Positions 37,990 through 50,452 of a stretch of DNA of 64,000 bases are shown piece after piece. A model generated the notes under the pieces. That model saw only the letters and a program-made list of their open reading frames with translations, was not told the origin of the DNA and did no database searches. The stretch spans positions 308,879 through 372,878 of the forward strand of contig NIVC01000625.1 of assembly GCA_002269645.1 (NCBI GenBank). The letters run 5' to 3'. Within the stretch, counting starts at the first letter, position 1. The number at the start of each line of letters is the position of its first letter. Source of the stretch: Macrostomum lignano. Lineage: Eukaryota. Position numbers and translations under genes: made by a program.

Positions 37990-40900
37990 TTATGCTTCGC
38001 TCGTCGCCGCCTCAACTGCCGAGGCGGTGGACGCGGCAGCGGCGGCGGCCGTGGCAGCAGCGGCGGGCATCTCCTCCAGAGACCAGGCGCCGGCTCCGTC
38101 GAACTTGAGCACGCGGTCGTGAAACGGCCACAGAGAGGGCCGGTGCGTGATGGTCAGCAGGGTGATGCCGGCGTCCTTGGCGGCCTGGTAGATCTTCGCC
38201 TCGACGTCGATGCTGACGGCGGAGGTGCACTCGTCCAGCAGGGCAAAGAGCGGCCGGTGGTACAGCAGGCGCGCCATGCCGAGCCGCTGCTTCTCGCCGC
38301 CGCTGAGCACGTCGGCCCACTCTCGCACGGCCGTCCAGCCGCCCTCCCGCTCGAGCAGGTAGCCGAGGTGCGCGGCCTCCAGCACCGCGCGCAGTTGGCC
38401 GTCTGTGACGCCTTTGGCTCGGCGCTGCTCGGCTGTGTCCGGGTACGTCACCTGTTCGCGCAGGTCGCCAATGCTGAGATAGGGCCGCTGCGGAATATAA
38501 TAGAGAGTTTGCACCGGCGGCTTCACCAGGCGCCCGCCGTAGACTGGCCAGAGGCCGGACAGAATGCGGAAGAGAGAGGACTTGCCGCAGCCGTTGGGGC
38601 CTGCGGGTTCGACAGTATTGTACTTATACATTAAATAGAAGTAAACAAACAAAAAGTATAAAAGCACAATAAAAAAGTACATTAACAAAAATATGCATTT
38701 TAACATAAAGCAAAGAAACCATTAACGAGTACCAAAAACCTTTACATCAATAGTATAAAAAAACAAGTCGAAATACAGTCCAAAGCTTAAAGTCCACACC
38801 AAATCTTAAAGTCCACATCAGTACATCCAGAACCTTCTTCATACCCGAAGCTTAAAGAAAATCCAGAAGCTTAAAGTACACATCACGAAGCTTAAAGTAC
38901 ATATCTCGAAGCTTAAAGTACATTTCCCGAAGCTTAAAGTACATATTCCAAAGCTTAAGTCAAACCTCAAGCTAAGGTTAAAACTAAAGCTTACACTACA
39001 CCTCAAAGCTTACAGCTTAAGATTGATTCTCTCAAGCCAGGTGTTGTCTAAAAATTACGTTCCCCTGTTGATCAGTGTTCCCTCCATAGGAAAAACTAAG
39101 CGAGCATTGGCTAAAAAGTTCTGCGATTCGAGACCACAATACAGTTGGTGAAGGTTTCCGATGGGTGCACAAAAAACGATTTTAAACGAAGAGCTTCAAT
39201 GTGCAGCTTGCAAGCGATGAGGTGGAGTGAATGATGATGATTATTGACTTTGAATTACACTGGACTGACCCGCTCCTTGAACTAACGTACTGCTCATTCC
39301 TCAGATCTGATTGGCTCACCAGTGATCAGCAGATGGGTGCCCCGGTCCAGCCGAAGGCTGAGCGACTCCGCCACAACGTCGCCGCTCGGCGTAACGATGG
39401 GCACGTCGCACAGCTCGATGCAGTCGGCGCTCTCGGTGACCTGGCCTCGGGTGTGCCGCATGCCGGGCCGGACGAACTTGCCGTTCTGCACATCGCTGAA
39501 CACATTCAGCATTGAGGAGACGCGGCTGGTGTAGCCCGAGAGCTCCGTGATCTCCTTGTATGACGTCATGATGCGCTCGATGGCGTCGGCGGCGCTGACA
39601 AGCAGATTGCGGGCCGTGGTGAAGGCCTGTGGGGCCGGCGATTCGGGGAATCGAATTGGGACCAGAGTGAGGATTTGAATGCACCGTAGGGTGCAGGGAT
39701 TCAGATTAGAGATGCAGGGATTCAGGTTAGAGATAAAAAGATTCAGGTTAGAGATGCAGGGATTCAGATTAGAGATGCAGGGATTCAGATTAGAGATGCA
39801 GGGATTCAGATTAGAGATAAAGGGATTCAGGTTAGAGATGCAGGGATTCAGATTAGAGATGCAGGGATTCAGGTTAGAGATGCAGGGATTCAGGTTAGAG
39901 ATGCAGGGATTCAGGTTAGAGAAGCAGGGAATTAGATTAGAGATGCAGGGAATAAGATTAGACATGCGGGGAATTAGATTAGAGATGCAGGGAATCAGAT
40001 TAGATGCAGGAAATCAGATTAGGTGAAGGGAATGGACCTATCGGAGTTAACAGAGGGTAATGAATCGGTATACCGGTCTAAAGCTCATTCCCAATTCCCA
40101 CCTGAGTCCGCTCGGACACTCCGCCGTCCTGGTCCTCATCCACCAGGCTGCCATCGGGCCGCTGCCCCGTGGCGGTGAGGATGGGCACGGCCACCATGGT
40201 CATGCCGGCTGCGCTCCACACGTACTTCATGAGGAACTGCTCCAGCATGACGTACCAGAGGCGCTGGCGGAAGATCCGACTGGACTGTCGGGCCAAGGAC
40301 TCGTAGGAGTCCTCGAGCACCCGACGCTCCAGCTTGTGGCCTCCGTAGAAGGCGATCTCCTCTGCGCAGGCGATCACCCGGCTGTGAATGAAGCGGAGGC
40401 GGCCCTTCCGCCTGGCCTCCTCGGCAACCAGACGGCCGAACTTGGGCGACACGGTGCGCAGAACCTCGCCAGTGAACAGAATGACGGCCGTGGCGAACAC
40501 GCTGGGAAACTTGCTGGAGGCGCCACGGCTGCGGGCCAGGCTGTACAGAGTGTAGGACATGATGGCCACGTCCAGGATGGGCTTGGTCAGGTGTGAGTAC
40601 AGGTGCGCCAGGCTGCCCGTGAACTGCGAGATGTCCTCAGTCAGGCACTGGTCAGCGTTCTGCAGCCGGCTGTCCAGGTTGCCCACCTGTGCGGGGATGG
40701 GGTTGGCGATGCTGGCTTTCAGTTTACTGGGGAACTTGGGGCTGGCATGGGGCCCTGCCACCTCACTGATGGGGGTTTGGCTGCCCCGTGGCTGTTTAAG
40801 AGGGGTGTCTCCCACTGTCTAATGGCAGTGTCCCCCACTTTCTAATGGGTGTCTTCCACTGTCTATTAGGGTGTCTCCAACTGTCTAATAGTGTCTCAAA

Positions 40901-43164
40901 CTGTCTAATGGTGTCTCCCAACTGTCTAATGGTGTGTCTCCAACTGTCTAATGGGGTGTCTCCAACTGTCTAATGGTGTGTCTCCAACTGTCTAATGGTG
41001 TGTCTCCAACTGTCTAATGGGGTGTCTCCAACTGTCTAATAGTGTCTCCAGACTTCAACTGTCTAATGGGGTGTCTCCAACTGTCTAATGGTGTGTCTCC
41101 AACTGTCTAATGGGGTGTCTCCAACTGTCTAATGGTGTGTCTCCAACTGTCTAATGGGGTGTCTCCAACTGTCTAATGGGGTGTCTCCAACTGTCTAATG
41201 GGGTGTCTCCAACTGTCTAATGGGGTGTCTCCAACTGTCTAATGGTGTGTCTCCAACTGTCTAATGGTGTGTCTCCAACTGTCTAATGGTGTGTCTCCAA
41301 CTGTCTAATAGTGTCTCCAGACTCCAACTGTCTAATGGGGTGTCTCCAACTGTCTAATGGTGTGTCTCCAACTGTCTAATGGGGTGTCTCCAACTGTCTA
41401 ATGGTGTGTCTCCAACTGTCTAATGGTGTGTCTCCAACTGTCTAATGGTGTGTCTCCAACTGTCTAATAGTGTCTCCAGACTTCAACTGTCTAATGGGGT
41501 GTCTCCAACTGTCTAATGGTGTGTCTCCAACTGTCTAATGGGGTGTCTCCAACTGTCTAATGGGGTGTCTCCAACTGTCTAATGGGGTGTCTCCAACTGT
41601 CTAATGGTGTGTCTTCAACTGTCTAATGGTGTGTCTCCAACTGTCTAATAGTGTCTCCAGATTCCAACTGTCTAATGGTGTGTCTCCAACTGTCTAATGG
41701 GGTGTCTCCAACTGTCTAATGGTGTGTTTCCAACTGTCTAATGGTGTGTCTCCAACTGTCTAATGGTGTGTCTCCAACTGTCTAATGGTGTGTCTCCAAC
41801 TGTCTAATAGTGTCTCCAGACTCCAACTGTCTAATGGTGTGTCTCCAACTGTCTAATGGGGTGTCTCCAACTGTCTAATGGGGTGTCTCCAACTGTCTAA
41901 TGGGGTGTCTCCAACTGTCTAATGGGGTGTCTCCAACTGTCTAATGGTGTGTCTCCAACTGTCTAATGGTGTGTCTCCAACTGTCTAATGGTGTGTCTCC
42001 AACTGTCTAATAGTGTCTCCAGACTCCAACTGTCTAATGGGGTGTCTCCAACTGTCTAATGGTGTGTCTCCAACTGTCTAATGGGGTGTCTCAAACTGTC
42101 TAATGGGGTGTCTCCAACTGTCTAATGGTGTGTCTCCAACTGTCTAATGGTGTGTCTCCAACTGTCTAATAGTGTCTCCAGACTCCAACTGTCTAATGGG
42201 GTGTCTCCAACTGTCTAATGGTGTGTCTCCAACTGTCTAATGGTGTGTCTCCAACTGTCTAATGGTGTGTCTCCAACTGTCTAATGGTGTGTCTCCAACT
42301 GTCTAATGGTGTGTCTCCAACTGTCTAATAGTGTCTCCAGACTCCAACTGTCTAATGGGGTGTCTCCAACTGTCTAATGGTGTGTCTCCAACTGTCTAAT
42401 GGTGTGTCTCCAACTGTCTAATGGGGTGTCTCCAACTGTCTAATGGTGTGTCTCCAACTGTCTAATGGGGTGTCTCTAACTGTCTAATGAGGTCTCCCAC
42501 TGACTAATGGAATGCCTGGCCCTATCTAACGGGTACTTGAACCCCCATAAGACGGCTTGCAGCCGCTGAATTCGCAGTCTCGCGGCCTCACCTTATAGTA
42601 GGTCTGATCCTTGAAGTACTCCTGGTAGCAGTGCATCACCAGCCGAGTTCTGAGCGCCAACGCCAGCTGGCTCTCCAGAAAGCGGATCAAAGAATTGACA
42701 AAGGTGGCGGGCAGGGCCAGCAGCAGCCACTTGGCGATCTGCAGCACGAACCGCAGTACATTCCGCTGCACGATGGCTTTCACAATCCGGCCGTCCAGCT
42801 TGGCCACATAGACAGACAGGAAAGTCCTGGTGACAAGGGAGGTCGTGTGCAGCAGCAGGATGCCGAACTCCCGGCTCAGCAGGGAGGGCACGCAGATTCG
42901 CACCAGGCGAATCAGGGAACGAATGAAGGCCAAGTCGACTGTGGCTTTCGACGATTCGTCAGCCTGACTGCCGTCTGCGCCGTCTTTGCCGCCGCCGCCG
43001 CCGCCGCCTCTGTCGCGTTTCTGCCGCCTGCCAGTCAGCATGCGGAGCAGCTTGCGCAGGTGCAGCGACATGAGCAAGGCCCCGGCGGTCACCGCAACGC
43101 CGCGCTGATGCGCCCGAACGAAAGTGACGCCGCTGAGAACGAGCTTCGATGCGCTGGGTGCCAT
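37990..43164 (-). CDS. ABCD1: Peroxisomal ABC half-transporter, ABCD1/ABCD2-like, 4 exons, about 691 aa
   Basis: Exons 43164-42592, 40686-40102, 39626-39320, 38600-37990 with consistent phases. EAA-like motif ([15 protein letters not shown]), Walker [10 protein letters not shown], signature LSGGEKQR, and [14 protein letters not shown]. Assignment to ABCD1 versus ABCD2 is not resolvable by eye. Confidence 0.92.
39705..40020. repeat. 21-bp minisatellite, ABCD intron 2
   Basis: GGGATTCAG(A/G)TTAGAGATGCA. Confidence 0.92.
40800..42490. repeat. 22-bp minisatellite, ABCD intron 1
   Basis: CCAACTGTCTAATGG(T/G)GTGTCT. Confidence 0.95.
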
Positions 43165-46100
43165 GGCCGAGCTGGGGGGGGGGGGGTCTTCAACAGAAGT
43201 TTTTTCTTATCCCTGCCTGTCTCTCACACCGCCAGTTGGTTTGCAGCGACTGGAAAATTCAGATCAATAAAGTGCGCTCTTTAACGGGCTCGAATATTGT
43301 TTCACCGACCCCCCCCCCGTTATCGCCAGCTACTGATAGTGAGCGCACGGCTCGGGGCGGACAGGCGGTGACCTTCTTGTGAAGTTTCTGTTCTATCAGC
43401 TGATAGCAGCAGTGCATGCGCGCGCACAATAGTCAATTAGCGTTCAGTGAGAACTTGCAACTGTTTAACCTAGTTCTCAACTGACTCATCCTAAATAACT
43501 TCTCTTATTCTCATCTCTTGGTAGCTTTCACTGTCTATTTCTCTTCATCACAGCATTTAATTCAAATTAAATCATGAAAGTTTCTTGTTGCAGTTCTGTG
43601 TTGCGAAATTTGATATTTGGGTTAACAGGGCAACTCTTTTCCACTTATTCTAATTTCATATTTTTGAGTTAACAGCTTTGGGTTGCAGAAATGAAATATG
43701 AATTACAAGCATGTGGAAGTTAAGTTAAATGGCACTAAGTTTGAAATAGAGGGGGCATTAATGTGGAATTCAGGTTCTTCATTCAGGATGCCAAAATTAA
43801 GTCACACACATGACCTATTTTATAGGGATTCCTGTTGGTTTTTGGGTGCATATTGCACGCAACTTAATGTTTCTCACTCTCTTGCTTTTGTATAAAATTT
43901 TCCTATGGCTTAAACATACACATGTATATATATAACAAACAAATGTAGCCAATGAAACCTCTGACATTTTTAATCTAACAAAGAGCTTATAAGACTGACA
44001 AGACAATGAGTATATGTAAACAATATATTTACAAACAAATAGCTAGGTTCAATAAAGTAAAGTCTATTCTATTCTAGTAGAAAGATTGTATTTTTTAAAC
44101 TGTATCCTAGAATTGAATTTAGACCTTAAGTCTTAGATGAAATTTTGTATCTTAATTTTAGTAAAACCTAGGGCAAGGCCAAGTTTTTTTTAGGTTTTTT
44201 GTGATAAAGATACTACAAAATTGCATCTTAAAGTTGGACCTTAAATATAATTTCATATCTTAATGCTAGCAAAAAATGTATAAAACATAAGGTAGAATCC
44301 TATTAAATATTGTATTGGATTAAGTAGCCCTTTTTATAGAACTGCTTGGCATAGTTCTGTTAAATTTTAGCTTTGGCATGGCATAGAAAATAAGGCATGT
44401 TATGCTAGTGTGAAAAATCTAAATATTGCAATTAACACAAAAAATTAAGTATAAGCATAGTATAAGAATACTAAAATTTAAAAATAATGCAAAATGAATA
44501 CATAAACATTGTAGGCCTATATGTCTATTGTCTAACACTATAAAAAACTGATATATCATAATATAGGCCCTACCTAAAATTTATAGGCCTAGGCATCTAG
44601 TATGCATTGGGGCTTTTTTAAAGAAAGCAGGCCCTATGGTAAAAGCAAAATATTGATGTTAAGGGGAGGCTACAACACAAAAAGAACATTGATATAATAT
44701 TTTAGGCTTAGAGAAGCCTACATAGCCCCAATCCCAAATCTTATATATATGCCAAAAATTATAGTATACAATGGACTTAAAGAAACAATTGGCTTAAAAT
44801 ATTTAGCATACAGAATAATCTATTAAAAAATGCACTACAGAGCCAGCCTATGGCATAGCTATTGGTATACAAAAGACCAAAATGTCAGAATGCAAGAAAG
44901 GGTCTTATATTGTCATAATGCAAGGTCCTTTATTGTTGCAAATGCTTTTTTGATAATGTCCAGCCTATAGATCAAAAGTAAATTTTTGTTAGTGTAAATT
45001 GAATTTATGCGTTATGGTATAGGGGGTCATTTTTCTGGTATATTATAACAGATTTAAGAGTGTGGCTACATAGAGAATAAAAACTAGGCCTAAACTAAAG
45101 GAATTAAGTCTAATATAGTAACCATATTATATTATAATAACTATAAATATAGCAAGATTATTCTTATAATCAATGCATAAAACAAAGACACTTATACTTA
45201 GACTTAAGAATTTAAGATAACCATATGCTAGTGCCCCCCCCCAACAAAATTATTGGGTAGGCTTAGGCCCACCTTGTCCCTAGCTTTGCTATGCTTGTCT
45301 AAAAGACTAAAAGCTCTTAGTTTTAGCATGTTTTTTATAGTTTTTGAAAAGCATTCCAATAGGGATCAGGGATAGTAGAATAAAAAACAACTGATCAAAA
45401 TTTCATGCCAATATAAGCCAAGCCTCTTCTGGCTTTCTAGAGGAAGTCATAGCCAATATAGGTATAGGTAAAGTTGCTTGCTTGGCAAGTAAGATAAATA
45501 GGAAGGCGAAAATCAACATTAAATAAATTTAATTATGAAATAGGCTTTATTGTTTAGCATCACTTTTCTAGAATGTATCGCATTTGAAATTAGGCTATTT
45601 TGTTTGAACAAGTATAATATCAGTAATATTGTGAAATTAAATAAATTATGAAATTTTATTTGTTTTAAAACTTGCCAAAAGGAGTATAAATACACAAGCT
45701 ATTAGCAGGAGAAGAAACGACTTGCCTTGCCTTGCTTTGGGCTTATAATCTATTCTAGTATTTTGAATTGAAGCTTGATAAATACTTGCTGACTTAATTT
45801 AGAAGCACTAGAAACCCCAAGATTGGGAGAGTTCAAACTTCTCAGAAGAATGAGATAATCAGATCTAGAATCTGAGAGATCACTTTTAGAAGGCAGAAAA
45901 AATCCTAACACAGGGTAGAGAAGTCTAGACTTAGAATATGAGAATCCTGCCTCAGGGCAGAATACCCAGTTAGTAAGCTGTGACCCTCTGATTAGTCTAT
46001 GGATGATCAGGGTAGCAGCTGCAGCAGGAGCCGCAGTAGCTGACACCAGTAGGCAATAGCTGGATATTCTTTTGTTAAAACAGGAGCCACAGTAGCTGAC

Positions 46101-46527
46101 ACCATGGCAGCAGCAGCCGTAGCAGGAGCCACAGCGGCCGACACCATGGCAGGAGCCGCAGCAGCCAATACCATGGCAGCAACAGCCAACACCATGGCAG
46201 CAGTAGCTGACACCATGGCAGCAGCAGCTGCGGCAAGAGCCGCAACAGCTGACATCATGGCAGCAACAGCTGACACCATAGCAGCAGCAGCCTTGATGGA
46301 TGATACAGCTACTTTAGCATTGGCAGCAGTAGCCTTGGCAATTGCTAGTTTAGCGATGATTAATGTCACCATTATTGCCTTATAAGGACTTGGTCTGTCA
46401 GCTTAGGCAGACTTGTAGTGACCCGTTGCAGCGAGCCATCCATGGCCTGGAGCAGTAGGCCCCTACTTGATCAGAATTGCATATCTGCAACTTGATCAAC
46501 CACTGCCTTAGTGGTCAATCAATAAAA

Positions 46528-46822
46528 ACAAAATTTTGGGATGTAAATTCAATCAATATTTAAAGCACGCACATGTTTGTTGGTCCAAAAGTCAAAGTCA
46601 AAAGTGCATTCCCCCAACCTCAACACTCAACTCCAACACAGTGGCGTGGGTCCATGGGACATGTTCTCTGTATGTTCTGAGGGAGGGTGCACTGGATAGG
46701 CCTATACATTATATATTTCTAACTATATTGCTATCATTCCATCCCTGGACTTTGCCTCTTGACTTTTGAACCAACAAACATGTACTTTAAATATTGATTG
46801 AATTTACACCCCAAAATTTTGT
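46528..46822. mobile_element. Foldback/MITE-like element with TIRs of about 60 bp
   Basis: ACAAAATTTTGGGATGTAAATTCAATCAATATTTAAAG...CATGTTTGTTGGTCCAAAAGTCAA is mirrored at 46760-46822. No clear TSD. Confidence 0.7.
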
Positions 46823-47514
46823 ACTTATTTACTGCCAAACTCACTCATTTCTTTCGCTCAAAAATAAACCTGAAGATGCACAGTATCATGCAAAATGTGT
46901 CATTCAATTAGATTTATTTAATGTTTATTTTCGCCTTCCTATTCAATATAATATACCCTCTATTATCTATATAATAACTCTATAATAGGCCTAACTCTAT
47001 TTACCTATTATATGCCAACTTGAAAACTTCTAATTGCCAACCCAAATTTATAGTAGGCCTAAGCCCCTACAATAAATTTCTAGCATATCTTAGGCCTACA
47101 CGATCTCCAGTATGGATTTATTCTATATGACCTATCGATATAGTAATCAGTACTGGTGATCCCATAAAAAAGATCTTTGAAACTGTTGTAAAACTGTAAA
47201 ATTTACTATCGTCTATCGAAAGCCTCGACTGAAGATTTCCTAGAAATTCCAAAAAGTTGATTTCTTATTATAAAAACGTTAAAAAATAAATTTGTAACAT
47301 CGGAGTTCTTTATATCTTAAAAGCCTACACCATACTTAAAAACTGCACATTTTAGATAGATAAATTGCAACACACAGACAAACATCGCACCAGTTTTAGT
47401 ATTTAGAGGCTACACCACAAACAAACAAGTCACTCAAAGACATAACATGCGCATTTAATCTACTGTAAGTAGAAATACGATCATTTTATCGTATTTTGTG
47501 AAAAAACAGCCCCA

Positions 47515-47534
47515 TTTCTAGAAATTTCCAGAAT
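47515..47534 (+). promoter_or_regulatory. Perfect 4-unit heat-shock element, sHSP copy 1
   Basis: tTTCt aGAAa tTTCc aGAAt: alternating nGAAn pentamers. Confidence 0.9.
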
Positions 47535-47552
47535 CAAGTCAGTGACACAAGA

Positions 47553-47586
47553 CTTCTAGAAACTTCCAACCGCGCAGTCTATATAA
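47553..47586 (+). promoter_or_regulatory. 3-unit HSE plus TATA box, sHSP copy 1
   Basis: cTTCt aGAAa cTTCc (47553-47567) followed by TATATAA (47580-47586). Confidence 0.88.
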
Positions 47587-47707
47587 GCGCGACAGGCTGA
47601 TTCTCGAAGAGTCAAGTTGCAAAGCAAGCAAACAAGCCAATCGAAAGCAATCCAAGCAAACCAAGCAAAGCACTCGAAGCGTTCAACAATCAAGCGAATT
47701 CGCCACA

Positions 47708-48508
47708 ATGTCGCTCTGGATCGCGCCAAGCAACGTGTACACGCCGTTCTCGCACGCCCTGCCGCTTGCGGCAGCCATGAGCGAGCTGGACGACTGGCTG
47801 ACGCCCGAGTACGACCCGCTGGTGCAGCTGCTACGCCACCGGGGTCCGAGGCGACCTCGGCAGTGGAGCCGGACTGTCGACCTTCGCGGCTTCCCCCCGA
47901 AGGACGTGTCGGTGAAGCGAGAGGACCGGAAGGTGCGCGTGGTGGCTCGGCTCGAAAACGGCGAGGACTCGACGGAGGTGAAGCGGACGGTGGAGCTGCC
48001 GGAGGAGGTGGACGCTGAGAAGCTGAGCAGCGGCTTCACCCAGGACGGCATGCTGGTGCTGAAGGCGCCGTTCAAGGAGCAGCAGCTCAAGCAGCAGCAG
48101 CAGCAGCAGGACTCGGTGTGGGACGAGCTGCGCAGTCTGCTGCGAGGCGACCTGCAGTCCGGCCAGCTGGTGGAGGCCAGCGACGGCAGCAAGCGGTTCA
48201 AGGCGGAGCTGTCGGTGCGCGAGTTCAAGCCAGACGAGATCCGCATCAAGCAGCAGGGCGACTGCGTGCGAGTCGAGGCTGAGCACAAGGACGAGTCGAA
48301 CGGGCAGCGGATCCACAAGCGGCTGGAGAGAGAGTTCCAGCTGCCCGCCGGCACCAAGCTGGACCAGGTGGCCAGCAAGCTCAGCCAGGACGGCCGGCTC
48401 TGCATCGAGGCGCCGTTCGAGGCTCCGCCCGCCAAGGAGAAGCCGCAGCTCAAGGATGTCCCCATGGAGATCGACAAGCCTGCCGAGCTGCAGAATGGGG
48501 CTAAGTGA
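47708..48508 (+). CDS. Small heat-shock protein with two tandem alpha-crystallin domains (p40/Tsp36-like), intronless, copy 1
   Basis: Two ACD-like repeats: VDLRGFPPKDVSVK...LSSGFTQDGMLVLKAP and LSVREFKPDEIRIK...REFQLP...SKLSQDGRLCIEAP. HSEs and a TATA box lie upstream. Confidence 0.92.
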   Translation: MSLWIAPSNVYTPFSHALPLAAAMSELDDWLTPEYDPLVQLLRHRGPRRPRQWSRTVDLRGFPPKDVSVKREDRKVRVVARLENGEDSTEVKRTVELPEEVDAEKLSSGFTQDGMLVLKAPFKEQQLKQQQQQQDSVWDELRSLLRGDLQSGQLVEASDGSKRFKAELSVREFKPDEIRIKQQGDCVRVEAEHKDESNGQRIHKRLEREFQLPAGTKLDQVASKLSQDGRLCIEAPFEAPPAKEKPQLKDVPMEIDKPAELQNGAK

Positions 48509-49043
48509 TGTGCCGGTTGTCATGGCAACTGCCTTAACTCGAAATGACAGTTGAGAACAGTGGCATGTACTTTGGGTCTCACTGACCTGCATGTACATGT
48601 ATGAGTATGCTTTGAGCTAAGTTGATAGCTTTTATTGTTATACTGCGATCTATTACATTGCCTACCTGTATTATGAATGACTGTCTGATTTAGTAGCTCA
48701 TTAGTACTGCTTGCATTTACTCCAGATTTACAGGTTGCACAGCAGCCAGCACTGCATTCGCATTGAAATCATTGTAAACTGCTGGCATTGAAATCATTAA
48801 CAATATACTGCAGGCATTCGCCCTGATCTTGAGGGCATTGGTCGTTTACTTTACCTTAATAAGAACTGTTCCTGCATTTTGTTCTGACTTTATTATTCAC
48901 ATTAGGCGAAGAACGGGGCAAAGCCAGTGAAGGCTTCAATTTGCACCATTTTACTGACGCGCCTGTGCATGGGGCTTAACGTCATGAAGAAAAACTTACC
49001 TTGGTGTTTAGAAAATCAAGTCAAAAGAGAGATGAAGCATGAG

Positions 49044-49772
49044 GCATCTCATTGATCCCCCTTCCTTAGCATTGGCATCTCATTGATCCCCCTTCCTTAG
49101 CATTGGCATCTCATTGATCCCCCTTCCTTAGCATTGGCATCTCATTGATCCCCCTTGAGCATTGGCATCTCATTGATTCCCATTGAGCATTGGCATCTCA
49201 TTGACCCCCCCTTCCTTAGCATTGGCATCTCATTGATCCCCCTTGAGCATTGGCATCTCATTGATCCCCCTTGAGCATTGGCATCTCATTGATCCCCCTT
49301 GAGCATTGGCATCTCATTGATTCCCCTTGAGCATTGCATCTCATTGATCCCCCTTGAGCATTGGCATCTCATTGATCCCCCTTGAGCATTGGCATCTCAT
49401 TGATCCCCCTTGAGCATTGGCATCTCATTGACCCCCCCTTCCTTAGCATTGGCATCTCATTGATCCCCCTTGAGCATTGGCATCTCATTGATTCCCATTG
49501 AGCATTGGCATCTCATTGATCCCCCTTGAGCATTGGCATCTCATTGATCCCCCTTGAGCATTGGCATCTCATTGATCCCCCTTGAGCATTGGCATCTCAT
49601 TGACCCCCCCTTCCTTAGCATTGGCATCTCATTGATCCCCCTTGAGCATTGGCATCTCATTGATTCCCATTGAGCATTGGCATCTCATTGATCCCCCTTG
49701 AGCATTGGCATCTCATTGATCCCCCTTGAGCATTGGCATCTCATTGATCCCCCTTCCTTAGCATTGGCATCT
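49044..49772. repeat. About 28-32-bp minisatellite, left copy
   Basis: GAGCATTGGCATCTCATTGATCCCCCTT variants. Confidence 0.93.
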
Positions 49773-50074
49773 CAGTCAAAAGAGTCAAAAGTCAAAGTCA
49801 AAAGAGAGATGTAGCATTAAAAAGTTGAAGCCGGAGAGATAAAATTTAAATTGAATACAAAGCAAAGCTGGGTTGCAAAAAGGCTCTCCAGACACAAATA
49901 ATGTCACATTTTTGTGGAAAAGCATGTGTCACCAGCCAGGGCAAAATTCTATAGGCTGTGCATATGTCTAAACTTATATCCTTCTAGATTAAAGTTGTGA
50001 CCAAATTGTACCTCGTAACAAATAAAGGATATAAAATATACTAATACTGCCTTCTAATGTTTAGCAATACTAAA

Positions 50075-50452
50075 TGCCAATGCTCAAGGGGAATCAATGA
50101 GATGCCAATGCTCAAGGGGAATCAATGAGATGCCAATGCTCAAGGGGGATCAATGAGATGCAATGCTCAAGGGGAATCAATGAGATGCCAATGCTCAAGG
50201 GGGATCAATGAGATGCCAATGCTCAAGGGGGATCAATGAGATGCCAATGCTCAAGGGGGATCAATGAGATGCCAATGCTAAGGAAGGGGGGTCAATGAGA
50301 TGCCAATGCTCAATGGGAATCAATGAGATGCCAATGCTCAAGGGGGATCAATGAGATGCCAATGCTAAGGAAGGGGGATCAATGAGATGCCAATGCTAAG
50401 GAAGGGGGATCAATGAGATGCCAATGCTAAGGAAGGGGGATCAATGAGATGC
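50075..50452. repeat. Same minisatellite inverted, right copy
   Basis: AAGGGGGATCAATGAGATGCCAATGCTC variants. Confidence 0.93.

Noticed and set aside
47221-47250. Extra HSE upstream of sHSP copy 1 (TTCCTAGAAATTCC)
   Set aside because: The TTC/GAA spacing does not fit the 5-bp nGAAn register.
47683-48598. Antisense and alternative-frame ORFs over the sHSP, NWD, ABCD, GPCR and polyQ genes
   Set aside because: They are shadow ORFs caused by GC-rich codon bias and contain no recognisable motifs.
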